From: Candidatus Aenigmatarchaeota archaeon
GTDB lineage: Archaea; Aenigmatarchaeota; Aenigmatarchaeia; CG10238-14; SCSR01
Reading direction: 5' to 3'
Assembly (NCBI GenBank): GCA_038998585.1
Contig: JAVZGQ010000005.1
Span: 1-56,493 of the forward strand
DNA: 56,493 nucleotides
Part shown: one piece after another, positions 18,518 to 29,034 of the stretch
Position numbering within the stretch: position 1 is the first letter of the stretch
Layout: the number at the start of each line of letters is the position of its first letter
Position numbers and translations under genes: made by a program
The notes under the pieces: model-generated
Database searches by the model: none
What the model was told of the DNA's origin: nothing
The model's input: the letters and a program-made list of their open reading frames with translations, nothing else

Positions 18518-19255
18518 CTATTTTTCTTTTATTAATTTAATGAATTCCAAAGCGTTCTTGTACATCATACTATTGTTGAACATAACCCAAATTTCTTTGG
18601 CCTTTTTCTCTGCTTGCTCAACCTTTTCTTTCAATTCTACAAGCTCTTTTTCACTGAAATTGTAATTGTACATGCTAATTAAACCAAAACCATGCAAGCG
18701 AAAGTAAGTTATCTTGTCTTTTCCAAAATAAATAGGCTCATTTCTAAAAGGATCCACACACTCAACTAAATCAAATTTTTTACAAATCTTTTTTATCAAT
18801 TCTGGATTTTTATGCCATTCTCCCCTTGGTTCCCATGCTAAAATCAAATTCTCTCTTTTTATCAACTTGAAAAAATCTTCCATCCTTTTTATGTTTTCTT
18901 CGCTAGCTTTAAAGCTTGCTGGTGATTGGAACAATAAAATCCTTGCTTTCAAAGCTTTACAAATTTCTTTCATCATGTTGAACAAATTTACAGAACCTTT
19001 TGAAAATTTAATTTGATGTGTTATTAGTTGGTTACACTTCACACTAAATTCAAAATCTTTTTTAATTTCTTTAGCCTCATTACTCCATTTTTCTGCTGTA
19101 TTAACTTTTGGAATCTTGTAAAAAGTTGAATTGACTTCAACACAAGGAAAAATAGAAGAATAAGCTTGTAAAACTGATTTGAATTTGTTAGCTTTATTCC
19201 CGAGAAAATCTCTAGGTCTTAAAAACCCCCAACCACAACACCCTACTTTTATCAT
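18518..19255 (-). CDS. DUF72 (YecE-like) TIM-barrel protein
   Basis: VGCCGW, VEVNSTFY, LFQSPASF, YFRLHG, MFNN. Start moved to ATG with AGGTGA SD. Confidence 0.9.
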   Translation of the reverse strand: MIKVGCCGWGFLRPRDFLGNKANKFKSVLQAYSSIFPCVEVNSTFYKIPKVNTAEKWSNEAKEIKKDFEFSVKCNQLITHQIKFSKGSVNLFNMMKEICKALKARILLFQSPASFKASEENIKRMEDFFKLIKRENLILAWEPRGEWHKNPELIKKICKKFDLVECVDPFRNEPIYFGKDKITYFRLHGFGLISMYNYNFSEKELVELKEKVEQAEKKAKEIWVMFNNSMMYKNALEFIKLIKEK

Positions 19256-19256
19256 T

Positions 19257-19835
19257 TCACCTTGATACAAATTTACTACCTTTAATAAAAAACCTTAATG
19301 GCTTAGCCAAATCTTTTTTCACACCTATTCTATGTGAGCAAGCAACTTCAAAATCTTCTTTTCCTACATCAAGAAAATTTATTGGACTTTCTTCGTTTGT
19401 GGAATCAATTCCATTAAGACTTTTATCTATAGCAAAAGCTTTTGAGAGCTTACCTGGCCCTCTCGTCAAATCAAAAAAATTTTTTGTTATTCTGTTTTTC
19501 TTCATCTCTTCTATTCCTTTAATCGGTTCTATTGCTCTTATTAAAACAGCTCCTGTTTTTCCTTTTTCGTGTGCAACAACATTAAGCAACCAATTATTGT
19601 GTACATTGTAAATCAAAATTTTTCCCGGTTCATCTTTCATTAACTTTACACAATATTTAGGCTTGCCCAAATAGGCCCTGGAGGCAGGGTCTTTTTCTCC
19701 AAAATAGGCTTCAGTTTCTACAATTTCTCCAATCAAAAATTTATTTTCAAGCTTCCTCAACAACAGCTTACCCAAAAGATCTTTGGCTACTTTGTCAGGC
19801 CTTTTTGTGAAGAATTCTTTAACCAAAGTCTTCAT
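19257..19835 (-). CDS. 3-methyladenine DNA glycosylase (MPG/AAG family)
   Basis: IVETEAY, DPASRA, AVLIRA, GPGKL, RIG motifs. Confidence 0.92.
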   Translation of the reverse strand: MKTLVKEFFTKRPDKVAKDLLGKLLLRKLENKFLIGEIVETEAYFGEKDPASRAYLGKPKYCVKLMKDEPGKILIYNVHNNWLLNVVAHEKGKTGAVLIRAIEPIKGIEEMKKNRITKNFFDLTRGPGKLSKAFAIDKSLNGIDSTNEESPINFLDVGKEDFEVACSHRIGVKKDLAKPLRFFIKGSKFVSR

Positions 19836-20380
19836 ATTTTCTCTACCAACTTTACCAATTTTCTAAAATCCTCTTCTACAAGCTTCCTAATCTTAGGAAA
19901 TCTCATGGAAGCTGCGGGGTGAAAAGTGAAAAAATAAATTTTTCCATCCATCTCAACTTTCTCTCCATGAATTTCAGAAAGCTTCCCTTTAAACCTAAGA
20001 GCTTTAATTGTAACATCTCCCAACAAAGCCACGATTTTTGGTTTTATCACTTCTAATTGCTTAAGAGTAAAGAAGATGCAGGATTTAATTTCTTTTTTGT
20101 TTGGTTTTCTGTTTTTTGGAGTGTGACATTTTACAACTCCTGTAATAAAAAATTTTTCTCTTTTCAATTTTATTGATTCTAATAGCTTGTTTAAAAGCTT
20201 TCCGGAAATTCCCACAAATGGTTTACCTTGGATGTTTTCATTCCTTCCAGGGGTTTGTCCTAAGAAAACAATTTTAGCGTTTGAGGGATCCTCTCCAGGA
20301 ACAGTTCTTTTCCTAATCTCCCAAAGTCCACATTTTTTACAATTTTCAATTTCACTTGCAATTTTTTCCAAGTCATTCAT
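19832..20380 (-). CDS. Uracil-DNA glycosylase family 4 (Fe-S)
   Basis: CxxC, PFVG.SG, VVKC, HPAA. Motif A reads GQTPG rather than GE(A/G)PG. Confidence 0.85.
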   Translation of the reverse strand: MNDLEKIASEIENCKKCGLWEIRKRTVPGEDPSNAKIVFLGQTPGRNENIQGKPFVGISGKLLNKLLESIKLKREKFFITGVVKCHTPKNRKPNKKEIKSCIFFTLKQLEVIKPKIVALLGDVTIKALRFKGKLSEIHGEKVEMDGKIYFFTFHPAASMRFPKIRKLVEEDFRKLVKLVEKI

Positions 20381-20532
20381 TTTATCTATAAAGTAAAATC
20401 TTAAAGTATAGGCCTTAAAAATAACGCATAATTAGCGATTTTTAAGATTCTTTACTTAACATAAAAAAGAAATATTCAAATGGCTTTTAAATAATTATCC
20501 TTTTAACAATTAAAATTTTTAGGAAGGAGAAA

Positions 20533-20700
20533 ATGAAAGAGCTTATAGGGAAAAAAGTTAGACTCATAGTTATGATGGGTGATATTTCATTGCCTTTTGA
20601 AGGAATTTTGAGAGAGGCAGATGCATGGATTGTCTTGGAAGACAGAGGAAAAAAGAAAATAATAAATAGAGATTCTGTTATCTATGTAGAAGAAAAATGA
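20533..20700 (+). CDS. Small 55-aa protein, Sm/LSm-like fold suspected
   Basis: Below ORF-track cutoff: MKELIGKKVRLIVMMGDISLPFEGILREADAWIVLEDRGKKKIINRDSVIYVEEK. Purine-rich RBS. Confidence 0.65.
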   Translation: MKELIGKKVRLIVMMGDISLPFEGILREADAWIVLEDRGKKKIINRDSVIYVEEK

Positions 20701-20965
20701 TGATGAAACTCTTTTCACTAATGTTCATAAAAAGTTGATATCCAAAAATAAGTCAAAAATGTGATAATTGTACATAAACATACACTATTGGCTTCAGACA
20801 CAGCGATCAATTTATAAGATGAAGAATTGCCTCAGATTTTGGGGTGAGATGTTTACAAAGAAGATTTAATTCCAGTAGTTTTGGATGAAGAGATTGTGCA
20901 TTAAAATTTCCAAAAGTTAAATTCATTAAACAAGAAATTTAACTTAAACCACAATATATAAAATT

Positions 20966-21412
20966 ATGGATCAAGTCAAATACAAGACATCTAGAATATC
21001 TTTCTTATATAACTACATTTTTACTCTTTTGATCATCGTATTTTTATCTTTTATTCATTTCATTGAGCTAGATTATTCTTTCGAGGTAGTTGCATTGTTT
21101 GTTTGTATTCCCTTGATTTTTATAGCTTTGATTGAGCCAGAGTTTGTAAAGATTTATAGACATTACTTACTAGAAGAAGATAATTTTACCTTGGTTGAAG
21201 GAATCTTTTCAAAGAAAAAAATTTCAATACCTTACGATCAAATAACAGGAATAACGATGCATAAGACTTTTCTAGGAAGAATAATTAAATTTGGAGATGT
21301 GAAAATTTCTGGTTTTAAGGATGAGATCGTAGTTAGGGGTATAAGGAACCCCGACAAGCTTTATGAAGACTTAAATGAAATAATGAAGTCCTACAAAAAG
21401 AAGAAAAAGTAG
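20966..21412 (+). CDS. Membrane protein with bacterial PH-like domain
   Basis: Two TMs, then GIFSKK...IPYDQI...FLGRIIKFGDVKI. Confidence 0.8.
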   Translation: MDQVKYKTSRISFLYNYIFTLLIIVFLSFIHFIELDYSFEVVALFVCIPLIFIALIEPEFVKIYRHYLLEEDNFTLVEGIFSKKKISIPYDQITGITMHKTFLGRIIKFGDVKISGFKDEIVVRGIRNPDKLYEDLNEIMKSYKKKKK

Positions 21413-21417
21413 GTAAA

Positions 21418-22689
21418 ATGTCAAAAGTTTATCTTGAGGTTTATGGTTGTTCATCAAATTTGGCAGATTTTGAGGCAGCTTTCGGTCTTCTTAAACAAGC
21501 TGGTTTCAAGATAGCTAGTGAAAAAGAGTCTGATTTGATAATAATCTTCACTTGTGTGGTAAAACAACCAACTTTTAACAAAATGATCCACAAAATCAAA
21601 GAATTCTCAAAACTGGGAAAGCCTCTTATTGTAGCAGGTTGTATGGCAAAGACAGATGTTAAGATGATAGAAAAAATAAATCCAAGAGCTTCTCTACTTG
21701 CCCCCGACAATATTGAAAAAATAGTTGAAGTGGTAAATGCTACTTTGCTAGGAAAAAGAATAGTTTTCACACAAGACTTAAATAAACCCAAGCTAGACCT
21801 TCCAAAATGTAGGAGAAATCCTTTGGTGGCTATAGTACAAATAGGAAGAGGTTGCACATCAAATTGTAGCTATTGCTATGAGCCTTACAGAAGCAAGCTA
21901 TTCAGCTATCCTTTAGAAGGAATAGTTAAAGAGGTTAAGAGAGCTTTGGCCGATGGTTGTAAAGAAATCTGGCTCACTAGTTTAGATTGCGGTTGTTATG
22001 GTTTAGATATAGGAACAAATTTGGCAGAGCTTTTAGAGGAAATTTGTAATATAAAAGGAAAGTTTTTTGTAAGAGTTGGTATGACTAATCCTTTACATAC
22101 AAAAAAAATTTTGAAAAAATTAATAGTAGCCTATCAAGATGAAAAAATATTCAAATTCTTACACCTACCTTTACAATCTGGAAGCGATAGAATTTTAAAG
22201 CTTATGAAGAGAGGATACGAGATAAAAGATTTTTTAAAAATTGTGAAAAAATTTAGGAGGGCTTTCTCTCAACTCACACTCAGCACCGACATAATAGTCG
22301 GTTTTCCTGGAGAAACTGAAGAAGATTTTTTAGCCACGTCAAGGGTTTTAAGGGAAGTTAAGCCAGATATTGTAAACTTATCAAAATTTGGTATGAGAAG
22401 AGGCACTGAAGCTACTAAGATGGAGCAGTTAGAAAAGAAAATCTTGAAAATTAGAAGCCTGAAGCTAAGCGAAATAATCAAGAAGATTTCTCTGGAGAAA
22501 AATAAGAGTTGGATAGGTTGGAAAGGCGAGGCTTTAGTCGATGAAATTGGGAAAGGAAAAAGTTTTGTTGCTAGAAATTTCGCTTATAAACCGATTGTAT
22601 TGAAAACAAAAGAAAAAATTTTTGGTAAATTCGTTGAAGTAGAAGTCAAGGAAGCGAGAGAAAATTTTCTTCTCGGTAAAAAAATTTAA
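21418..22689 (+). CDS. MiaB-like tRNA methylthiotransferase (archaeal MtaB-type)
   Basis: YGC..N, TC.VK and AGC N-terminal cysteines, radical SAM CxxxCxxC, C-terminal TRAM. Confidence 0.92.
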   Translation: MSKVYLEVYGCSSNLADFEAAFGLLKQAGFKIASEKESDLIIIFTCVVKQPTFNKMIHKIKEFSKLGKPLIVAGCMAKTDVKMIEKINPRASLLAPDNIEKIVEVVNATLLGKRIVFTQDLNKPKLDLPKCRRNPLVAIVQIGRGCTSNCSYCYEPYRSKLFSYPLEGIVKEVKRALADGCKEIWLTSLDCGCYGLDIGTNLAELLEEICNIKGKFFVRVGMTNPLHTKKILKKLIVAYQDEKIFKFLHLPLQSGSDRILKLMKRGYEIKDFLKIVKKFRRAFSQLTLSTDIIVGFPGETEEDFLATSRVLREVKPDIVNLSKFGMRRGTEATKMEQLEKKILKIRSLKLSEIIKKISLEKNKSWIGWKGEALVDEIGKGKSFVARNFAYKPIVLKTKEKIFGKFVEVEVKEARENFLLGKKI

Positions 22690-22741
22690 ATAGAAGAAAT
22701 GCATAATATTATTATCATATTTCAAGAGGCAATAGAAAGAA

Positions 22742-23167
22742 ATGTTTGGTCCACATTTGACTTTAGATTTATATCACTGCAACAAGAAAAAACTTTCTGA
22801 CAAAAATTTTATACTCAATTTTCTCGAAGAATTGGTAGATGCAATTAAGATGAGGAAAATTGCCCCTGCTCAGGCAATAGAATATGAAGGAAATCCAAAT
22901 TCTTTTGATGCCGGTGGTATTTCTGCCTTTGTCTTGATTGCAGAAAGCCACATAAGTATTCATACTTTTGTGAAACAAGCTTTCGCTTCAATAGACATCT
23001 TCTCTTGCAAGGACTTTGATGTGAAGATGGCTGAAAATTTTGCAGCTGAAAGATTTGAACCTAAAAAAGTTGAGAAACATTTCATAATGAGAGGAAAAGA
23101 ATTCCCAAAAGAAGTAGAAAAAGTGAAGAAGATTGTTGCAAAAGAGAGAAAAATTATTTTTTCATAA
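22742..23167 (+). CDS. speD: S-adenosylmethionine decarboxylase proenzyme family (pyruvoyl)
   Basis: FGPHL..D, LIAESHISIHT, DIFSC. Confidence 0.88.
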   Translation: MFGPHLTLDLYHCNKKKLSDKNFILNFLEELVDAIKMRKIAPAQAIEYEGNPNSFDAGGISAFVLIAESHISIHTFVKQAFASIDIFSCKDFDVKMAENFAAERFEPKKVEKHFIMRGKEFPKEVEKVKKIVAKERKIIFS

Positions 23168-25025
23168 ACTTCTTTAAAGTTTCCATCACAACCTGTGCCT
23201 CTATTCTTCCTCTCACTTGACTCATCACAATCCCTACAGCTTTCTCGTAACTTAAACCAGGACGAGAAACTATTTCTTCAAAGATTTTCTTGAGTTCTGT
23301 TAAACTTATTGGTCTCAAGTTTAGCTCTTTAATTACATTTTGTACGGTCTCACCAGGATAGTTTGCGAGATACTTCAAAATTTCTGGTATTGCTTCTTTC
23401 ACAATTTCTTTTTTATCCAAAGCTTCAAAAAGATCAAAGAAGTGTTGTTTAGAAATTCTTTCCACTTCGATTTTTTCTCTTCTTTGTAAGTCCTTAAGTA
23501 TGCTAACAAAAGTGTTTGCAACCAGAGCAGGAGAAATTTTATACTTTTTTACTATATCTTCAAAAAGCTCGAAGTACTTTGATTCCAAGAGTGGTTTAGC
23601 AAGTTCATCGGAAAGCTTATACTGCTTCTTGAATCTTTCATATTTTTTTGTCCATGGTTCTGGAAGATCTTCCCTTATCTTTTCCAAAAACTCTTTTTCA
23701 AGTAGTACTGGCTTAATATCAGTTTCTGGATAAAGCCTAGCAGCTCCTGGCAGTGGTCTTGTGAATTTTGTGGCTCCTTGTTCGTCTGCGGCTCTAGTTT
23801 CTTTTTCTGAACCAAATTCCAAAATTCTGTTGATCTTATCCAAAAGCTCTTCAGAAACTTTTCCTCCAGTCTTAGGCTCGCCAATAAGAACTATCGCATC
23901 TTGGTCATCGGCTTTCAAGAATTCCCTTATTTTCTTAAAATCAGCATCCGCCCTATACTTTGATAAATCCTCATCAGAGTGTATTATTCCTTCTAGACCA
24001 AAGATTTGAACAAATTCAGCGAGCTCTCTACCTAGAGTCTTGTCTGGGGAAATTTCCTCCTTTAATCGACCAGCAAATCCAGGAAGCCTAAGAGCAAAGA
24101 CTCTACCCCCAGTTTCTACAATTGCCCTCAATACTCTGCAATTACTCTCTTTCAATAATTGATTAACATCAATAGGTTTGAATTTTATCTTTTTGATACC
24201 TTTCTTTCTTAACTCAGCTCTAATAGCAAGCAAAGAAAGTTGTCTCTTAACTTCATTTTCTATGACTTTTGATAGCAGGCTAAGCTCTTGTACACCTTTT
24301 ACCTCAACCCTCTCACACCCCTTAATTGAAATGTTCAAATCTTGTCTTATCGCTCCTATCTCATGTTTGGTTTTTCCTGTTGATCGACAGATCATCCCTA
24401 TTTGATAGGCAATATCCTCTATTTCTTCTGGGTTGAATCCTGTTAGAATTCCTGTGGAAATTTCAACAAGTGGTACACCAAGTCTGTTAAGCCTGTAGGT
24501 CACCTTACCTTTCTCTTCAGAAACTATGGCTGCAGCATCTTCTTCCAAGCTTACATTTTTAATCTCAATTTTTTTCCCTTTATAGTTTAAAAAGCCATTC
24601 AGTCCAATTACCATAGTTCTCTGAAAGCTTGTGGGGTTGCTTCCATCTATCACGGTTTTTCGCATGACTTCTATTTCTTCTGGGATTTGACAGTTTAAGA
24701 GCATGGCGATCTGTAAAGCAATATTTAAGGCCTCTTTATTAATTTCGTGTGGTGGTTCTTCGTCTAACTCTACCAAACAGCTCTCTTCCTTGAAAGTCTG
24801 ATAATAAAAAGTTCTATCTCTTAGGTATTCGTGTTGAGCCGCTATATCTATTTCTCCAAGCTCACTTGTAACAGGATGCTGTTTTCTCATTATAATTGCT
24901 ACAGGTTCTTTTTCTCTCATTGCAGTCGAGCAACTACAGAAAAGTTTTTCTCTGGTGTTAAGTTGTTGATGTATTTCCAGTCCTACTTTCAGCCCGATTT
25001 TTTTGTAATCCAATTTTTCAGACAT
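23154..25025 (-). CDS. gatE: Glu-tRNA(Gln) amidotransferase subunit E
   Basis: GLEIHQQL, DGSNPTSFQRT, RPLPGAARLYPETD. Confidence 0.97.
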   Translation of the reverse strand: MSEKLDYKKIGLKVGLEIHQQLNTREKLFCSCSTAMREKEPVAIIMRKQHPVTSELGEIDIAAQHEYLRDRTFYYQTFKEESCLVELDEEPPHEINKEALNIALQIAMLLNCQIPEEIEVMRKTVIDGSNPTSFQRTMVIGLNGFLNYKGKKIEIKNVSLEEDAAAIVSEEKGKVTYRLNRLGVPLVEISTGILTGFNPEEIEDIAYQIGMICRSTGKTKHEIGAIRQDLNISIKGCERVEVKGVQELSLLSKVIENEVKRQLSLLAIRAELRKKGIKKIKFKPIDVNQLLKESNCRVLRAIVETGGRVFALRLPGFAGRLKEEISPDKTLGRELAEFVQIFGLEGIIHSDEDLSKYRADADFKKIREFLKADDQDAIVLIGEPKTGGKVSEELLDKINRILEFGSEKETRAADEQGATKFTRPLPGAARLYPETDIKPVLLEKEFLEKIREDLPEPWTKKYERFKKQYKLSDELAKPLLESKYFELFEDIVKKYKISPALVANTFVSILKDLQRREKIEVERISKQHFFDLFEALDKKEIVKEAIPEILKYLANYPGETVQNVIKELNLRPISLTELKKIFEEIVSRPGLSYEKAVGIVMSQVRGRIEAQVVMETLKKFMKK

Positions 25026-25028
25026 TTT

Positions 25029-26360
25029 TTACCTCTTTGAAATCTCTCCGGCATAGTTTGTAAGCATCATCTCCTTAACTTTCTTCATTTCTTTTGTATG
25101 ACCTAAAACCCAAGCAAGCTTAACAAAGGCTGTTTCAGGAAGCCAATCACAACCATTCCCTATAACCCCAGCTTCATCTAAAAGTCTACCAGCCGAATAA
25201 ACATTGAGGTTAAGTCTACCAAAAATTGTTTGAGGTGCTATAACAACAGGAATTCCTGAAGAAATTAAGCTTTTTATAGCAGGTAACAAACTTTTGGCAA
25301 GTTTATCATTGTTGGGATTGGTTGGAACATGTCCTAGACCAGTGCCGGCTAAAACCACACCTTCGAAATATTTTGATAAGCTTTCAACAAACTCTGGTTT
25401 GATGTTCGGATAAACTTGAATTAGACAAACATTTGGATTTATTTTATCATCAACTTTCAAGTTTCTTTTCTCCCTTCTATTGAAGTCATTTCTTAAATAC
25501 TCTATTTTTCTTTCTTGATACCAAACTTTAGCAAATGGCAGAACATTTACAGATTGAAACGCATCTCTCCTGCTAGTGTGAAGCTTTCTAACTTTTGTGC
25601 CTTGGTGTAAGAAACAAAAATCATCGTTCATGCTTGCATGCATACAAACCAAAACCTCGGCTATTTCTGACTTACTTGCTGCTAAAACTGAGCAGAGTAG
25701 GTTCATGGCATTATCACTTGAGCCCCTATCACTGCTTCTCTGAGCCCCAACCAAGACAACAGGGACAGGTAAGTTTTGAAGCATAAAACTAAGAGCCGCT
25801 GATGTATAGTGTAATGTATCAGTGCCATGCATGAGTACAATTCCATCACAACCTGTTTTGATTTCTTTTTCAACCTCTCTTGCTATTATTTGCCAATGGC
25901 TTGGACTCATATCTTCTGAAAAAAGGTCAAAAAGCTTTCTTGCTTTGATGTTCGATATTTCTCTGATCTCAGGAAAAGCCAACATTAAGTCGGCTGGAGA
26001 GAAGGCGGGAAAGACTGCTCCAGTTGTATATTCTACTCTTGAGGCTATAGTACCACCGCATCCCAAGATGGAAACTTTTGGTTTGATTTTATCTATTTTT
26101 GGTTTGAATTTTGCTGGTTTGAATTTTATTGGAATTCCTTTTTTTAGAAGCTTGAGTTGCACACCTTTCTCAAATTTAATACCTATGTTATATCCATTAT
26201 CAAGCTTTATAACAAGGACATTAGGATCGCCTAGGGCTATTCTTGGCATTAGTAAGCCTTCATAGCTTGTAGTACATTTAGTAACCCTTACTCTATCGCC
26301 TATAGAAATTCTTTTACTTTCTAGTAGTGACAATATTTCCTGTGAGTACAAAAGTTTCAC
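25029..26360 (-). CDS. gatD: Glu-tRNA(Gln) amidotransferase subunit D
   Basis: KLDNGYNIG, GGTIASR, HGTDT, GAQRSSDRGSSD. Confidence 0.97.
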   Translation of the reverse strand: MKLLYSQEILSLLESKRISIGDRVRVTKCTTSYEGLLMPRIALGDPNVLVIKLDNGYNIGIKFEKGVQLKLLKKGIPIKFKPAKFKPKIDKIKPKVSILGCGGTIASRVEYTTGAVFPAFSPADLMLAFPEIREISNIKARKLFDLFSEDMSPSHWQIIAREVEKEIKTGCDGIVLMHGTDTLHYTSAALSFMLQNLPVPVVLVGAQRSSDRGSSDNAMNLLCSVLAASKSEIAEVLVCMHASMNDDFCFLHQGTKVRKLHTSRRDAFQSVNVLPFAKVWYQERKIEYLRNDFNRREKRNLKVDDKINPNVCLIQVYPNIKPEFVESLSKYFEGVVLAGTGLGHVPTNPNNDKLAKSLLPAIKSLISSGIPVVIAPQTIFGRLNLNVYSAGRLLDEAGVIGNGCDWLPETAFVKLAWVLGHTKEMKKVKEMMLTNYAGEISKR

Positions 26361-26421
26361 ACCCCATAATTAATTGGGATATGAGGTATTAATTTCTTTA
26401 TGGTTTTAAATTATAACTTAT

Positions 26422-27237
26422 ATGCCCACCAACTTGCCAGGCGAATGGTTTGCTATTGAGAAAGAATATTTAGAAGAAAGAAATTTGGAAAGGAAAATAG
26501 ATCTGTTGAAAAAGCTGATTTCAGCAACACCAAAGCACAAGGGAACAGAAAATCTTTTAGCCGAATTGAGAAAAAGATTATCGAGGCTAGAGGATCAGTT
26601 TGAAAGAAGAAGTAAGAGACCTGGAAAAAGACAGGCTTCAATTAAGAAGTCGGGTGACATTCTCGTAGCAATTCTCGGTCTGACTAAAAGTGGTAAGAGT
26701 AGCTTGTTGAATGCTCTGACAAATGCTCAAGCAGCGGTAAGTCCTCAGCCATATACAACTAAAGAACCAATAACGGGAATTTGTTTTTTTGATGGTGTAG
26801 CAGTACAATTTGTAGAAATTCCATCCTTTTTCTTACCCAAGCACATGGCATTAGTTCACATAGCTGATTTGGTTTTGGTGTTGGCAAATAACAATGAGGA
26901 AATAAGTGAAATTGAAAAAATCCTTGTTCAAAACAGAATCAAGAAAAAGAAGATTTTTTGGTCAAAAAACAAGGATTACAGCCAATTGATGAAAAGAATA
27001 ATAGAAGAGGCCGAAGTTATTAGAGTTTTCACTAAGCCTGTGGGTAAACCAAAAGAAGAAAAGGCCTTAGTTTTGAAAAAAGGAAGCAATCTGGAGGATT
27101 TGATTATAAAGATAAACAAGAACTGGCTCAAGAGCTTCAGGTTCGCTAGGATTTTTGATGAAACAGTCTTTTCTGGTCGAAAAGTTGGACTGAATTATTT
27201 GCTTAAGGATAAAGATGTGGTAGAGTTGCATGTGTAA
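26422..27237 (+). CDS. Short DRG/OBG-family GTPase with TGS domain
   Basis: MPTNLP, PKHKGTE, G1 GLTKSGKSS, C-terminal TGS. G3 degenerate (EIPS). Confidence 0.8.
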   Translation: MPTNLPGEWFAIEKEYLEERNLERKIDLLKKLISATPKHKGTENLLAELRKRLSRLEDQFERRSKRPGKRQASIKKSGDILVAILGLTKSGKSSLLNALTNAQAAVSPQPYTTKEPITGICFFDGVAVQFVEIPSFFLPKHMALVHIADLVLVLANNNEEISEIEKILVQNRIKKKKIFWSKNKDYSQLMKRIIEEAEVIRVFTKPVGKPKEEKALVLKKGSNLEDLIIKINKNWLKSFRFARIFDETVFSGRKVGLNYLLKDKDVVELHV

Positions 27238-27559
27238 AGTTTTTCTTTTAAAACTTCCTATCTTAAGCTCACTTTCCTTCCAATTTTTTCTTTGATTTTT
27301 TGTCCCTATTTTCAATTACACTTGCTTTGGTTAAAATATAATCTGGGTTAAGCCCTCTTTTCTGACATTCTTCCTGAATTTTTCCGCGTAATGGGAGAGA
27401 TAAGATTGTAATGGCAAAATAGATGAAGATCATGTATGTAAAATATTTTGTAAAGAAACAAAAGAAAAAGCAGCACCTTGGGATTAGGTGTGAATGGACA
27501 CATTTACAATTCTAGAACTGATTGGACAGACTACCTAACCACATTAGTTTTTTAAAAAA

Positions 27560-27820
27560 ATGAAAAGTAGAAAATATTTTACACCAACACAATCTGCTTT
27601 CTTACTCGATTATAAGCACAAAATTTTCTTCTTACCTGCAAGTCAAGGAGGTTATGTTTTTTCTTATGATAATGATGAGCTAAAGCTGAAAAAGGTTGTG
27701 AGTGAAATTATAGCAAGAAGAGCTGTTTACATTAGAGATTATCTTTACATAATAGGTGATGACAAGATTGTTGTTCTCGATGAAACAGATTGGGAAAGGG
27801 TTAATGAAATCGAATTCTAA
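27560..27820 (+). pseudogene. Probable C-terminal fragment of a secreted beta-propeller protein
   Basis: AFLLD.KH.IFFLP...GGYVFSY...RRAVYI.DYLYI resembles the C-terminus of beta-propeller secreted proteins. No N-terminal part. Confidence 0.55.
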
Positions 27821-27877
27821 AATTTGATTTTTCAGAAATAAAAAAATAATTAATACTTTAGATATCATTAATTATTT

Positions 27878-28540
27878 ATGGAAGGACAAAATTGTTTGGT
27901 TAGATTGGGTGAAAAGCTTCCAGAGATGATAGTAACAACAACACACGGTAAGAAAAATCTTCCAGCCGATTACAAGGGGAAATGGCTTGTAATCTTTGCA
28001 CATCCCGCAGACTTTACTCCAGTTTGCACCACAGAATTCTACGCTTTTCAGAAAAAATATGAAGAATTTGTGAATTTGAATGCAGAGCTTTTGGGGTTAA
28101 GTATAGACCAAGTTTTCAGTCATATCAAGTGGATTGAGTGGATTAAAGAAAATTTGAAATTAGAAATAAAGTTTCCAATAATAGCTGATGATGTGGGGGA
28201 AGTTTCAAAAAAGTTGGGGCTGTTACATCCAGCAAAAGGAACAAACACAGTAAGAGCAGTTTTCATAATCGATCCTGATGGAATAGTAAGGCTAATCCTA
28301 TACTATCCTCAAGAAGTAGGCAGAAACATAAATGAAATACTGAGGGTGCTTAGGGCTTTACAAGTAAGCGATAAGAATAAAGTTGCTATGCCTGCAAACT
28401 GGCCAGAAAATGATTTAATTGGTGACAAAGTAATAGTTCCTCCTACAAAAAGTGTTGAAGAAGCTGCTGACAGGATGAAAAAAATAAAAAACAAAGATCT
28501 AGAAGGTTTTGATTGGTGGTTTGCCTTCAAGAAAATTTGA
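27878..28540 (+). CDS. Peroxiredoxin (Prx6-type)
   Basis: [32 protein letters not shown]. Confidence 0.95.
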   Translation: MEGQNCLVRLGEKLPEMIVTTTHGKKNLPADYKGKWLVIFAHPADFTPVCTTEFYAFQKKYEEFVNLNAELLGLSIDQVFSHIKWIEWIKENLKLEIKFPIIADDVGEVSKKLGLLHPAKGTNTVRAVFIIDPDGIVRLILYYPQEVGRNINEILRVLRALQVSDKNKVAMPANWPENDLIGDKVIVPPTKSVEEAADRMKKIKNKDLEGFDWWFAFKKI

Positions 28541-28581
28541 AAAATTTACTTTTTTTATTATCAAAAAATTAACTGATAAAA

Positions 28582-28998
28582 ATGAGATTGTGGTCTTTAC
28601 ATCCTAAATATTTAGATAAGCTTGGTTTAATAGCTGTTTGGAGAGAAGGTTTGTTAGCAAAAAAAGTTCTAGAGAACAAAACTAAAGGATACAGAAACCA
28701 TCCTCAGCTCGTTAGGTTCAAAAATTATGAAAAGCCATTGATTGCTATAAATGCTTATTTGTTTGAGATTTATAAAGAGGGAAAAAGAAGGAGTTATAAG
28801 TTTGATTTAAGGAAAATAGAGGCTGTTGAAGCTAAATGGATAATTCCTATAACTTCTGATCAACTCAAGTTTGAGTTTGAGCATCTTTTGGGAAAGCTTA
28901 GGAAGAGATGTAAAGAAAAATATTTAGAGCTTGCTAGGAAAAAAAGAATTGAAGCTAACAAAATTTTCAAAGTTGTTAAAAGCAAGGTGGAAAGTTAG
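28582..28998 (+). CDS. Pyrimidine-dimer DNA glycosylase/T4 endonuclease V-like protein
   Basis: MRLWSLHPKYLD...WREGLLA...GYRNHPQL. Confidence 0.85.
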   Translation: MRLWSLHPKYLDKLGLIAVWREGLLAKKVLENKTKGYRNHPQLVRFKNYEKPLIAINAYLFEIYKEGKRRSYKFDLRKIEAVEAKWIIPITSDQLKFEFEHLLGKLRKRCKEKYLELARKKRIEANKIFKVVKSKVES

Positions 28999-29034
28999 GA
29001 AAAGGGATATAAATCAAAATTTTAAAGAAGAATT

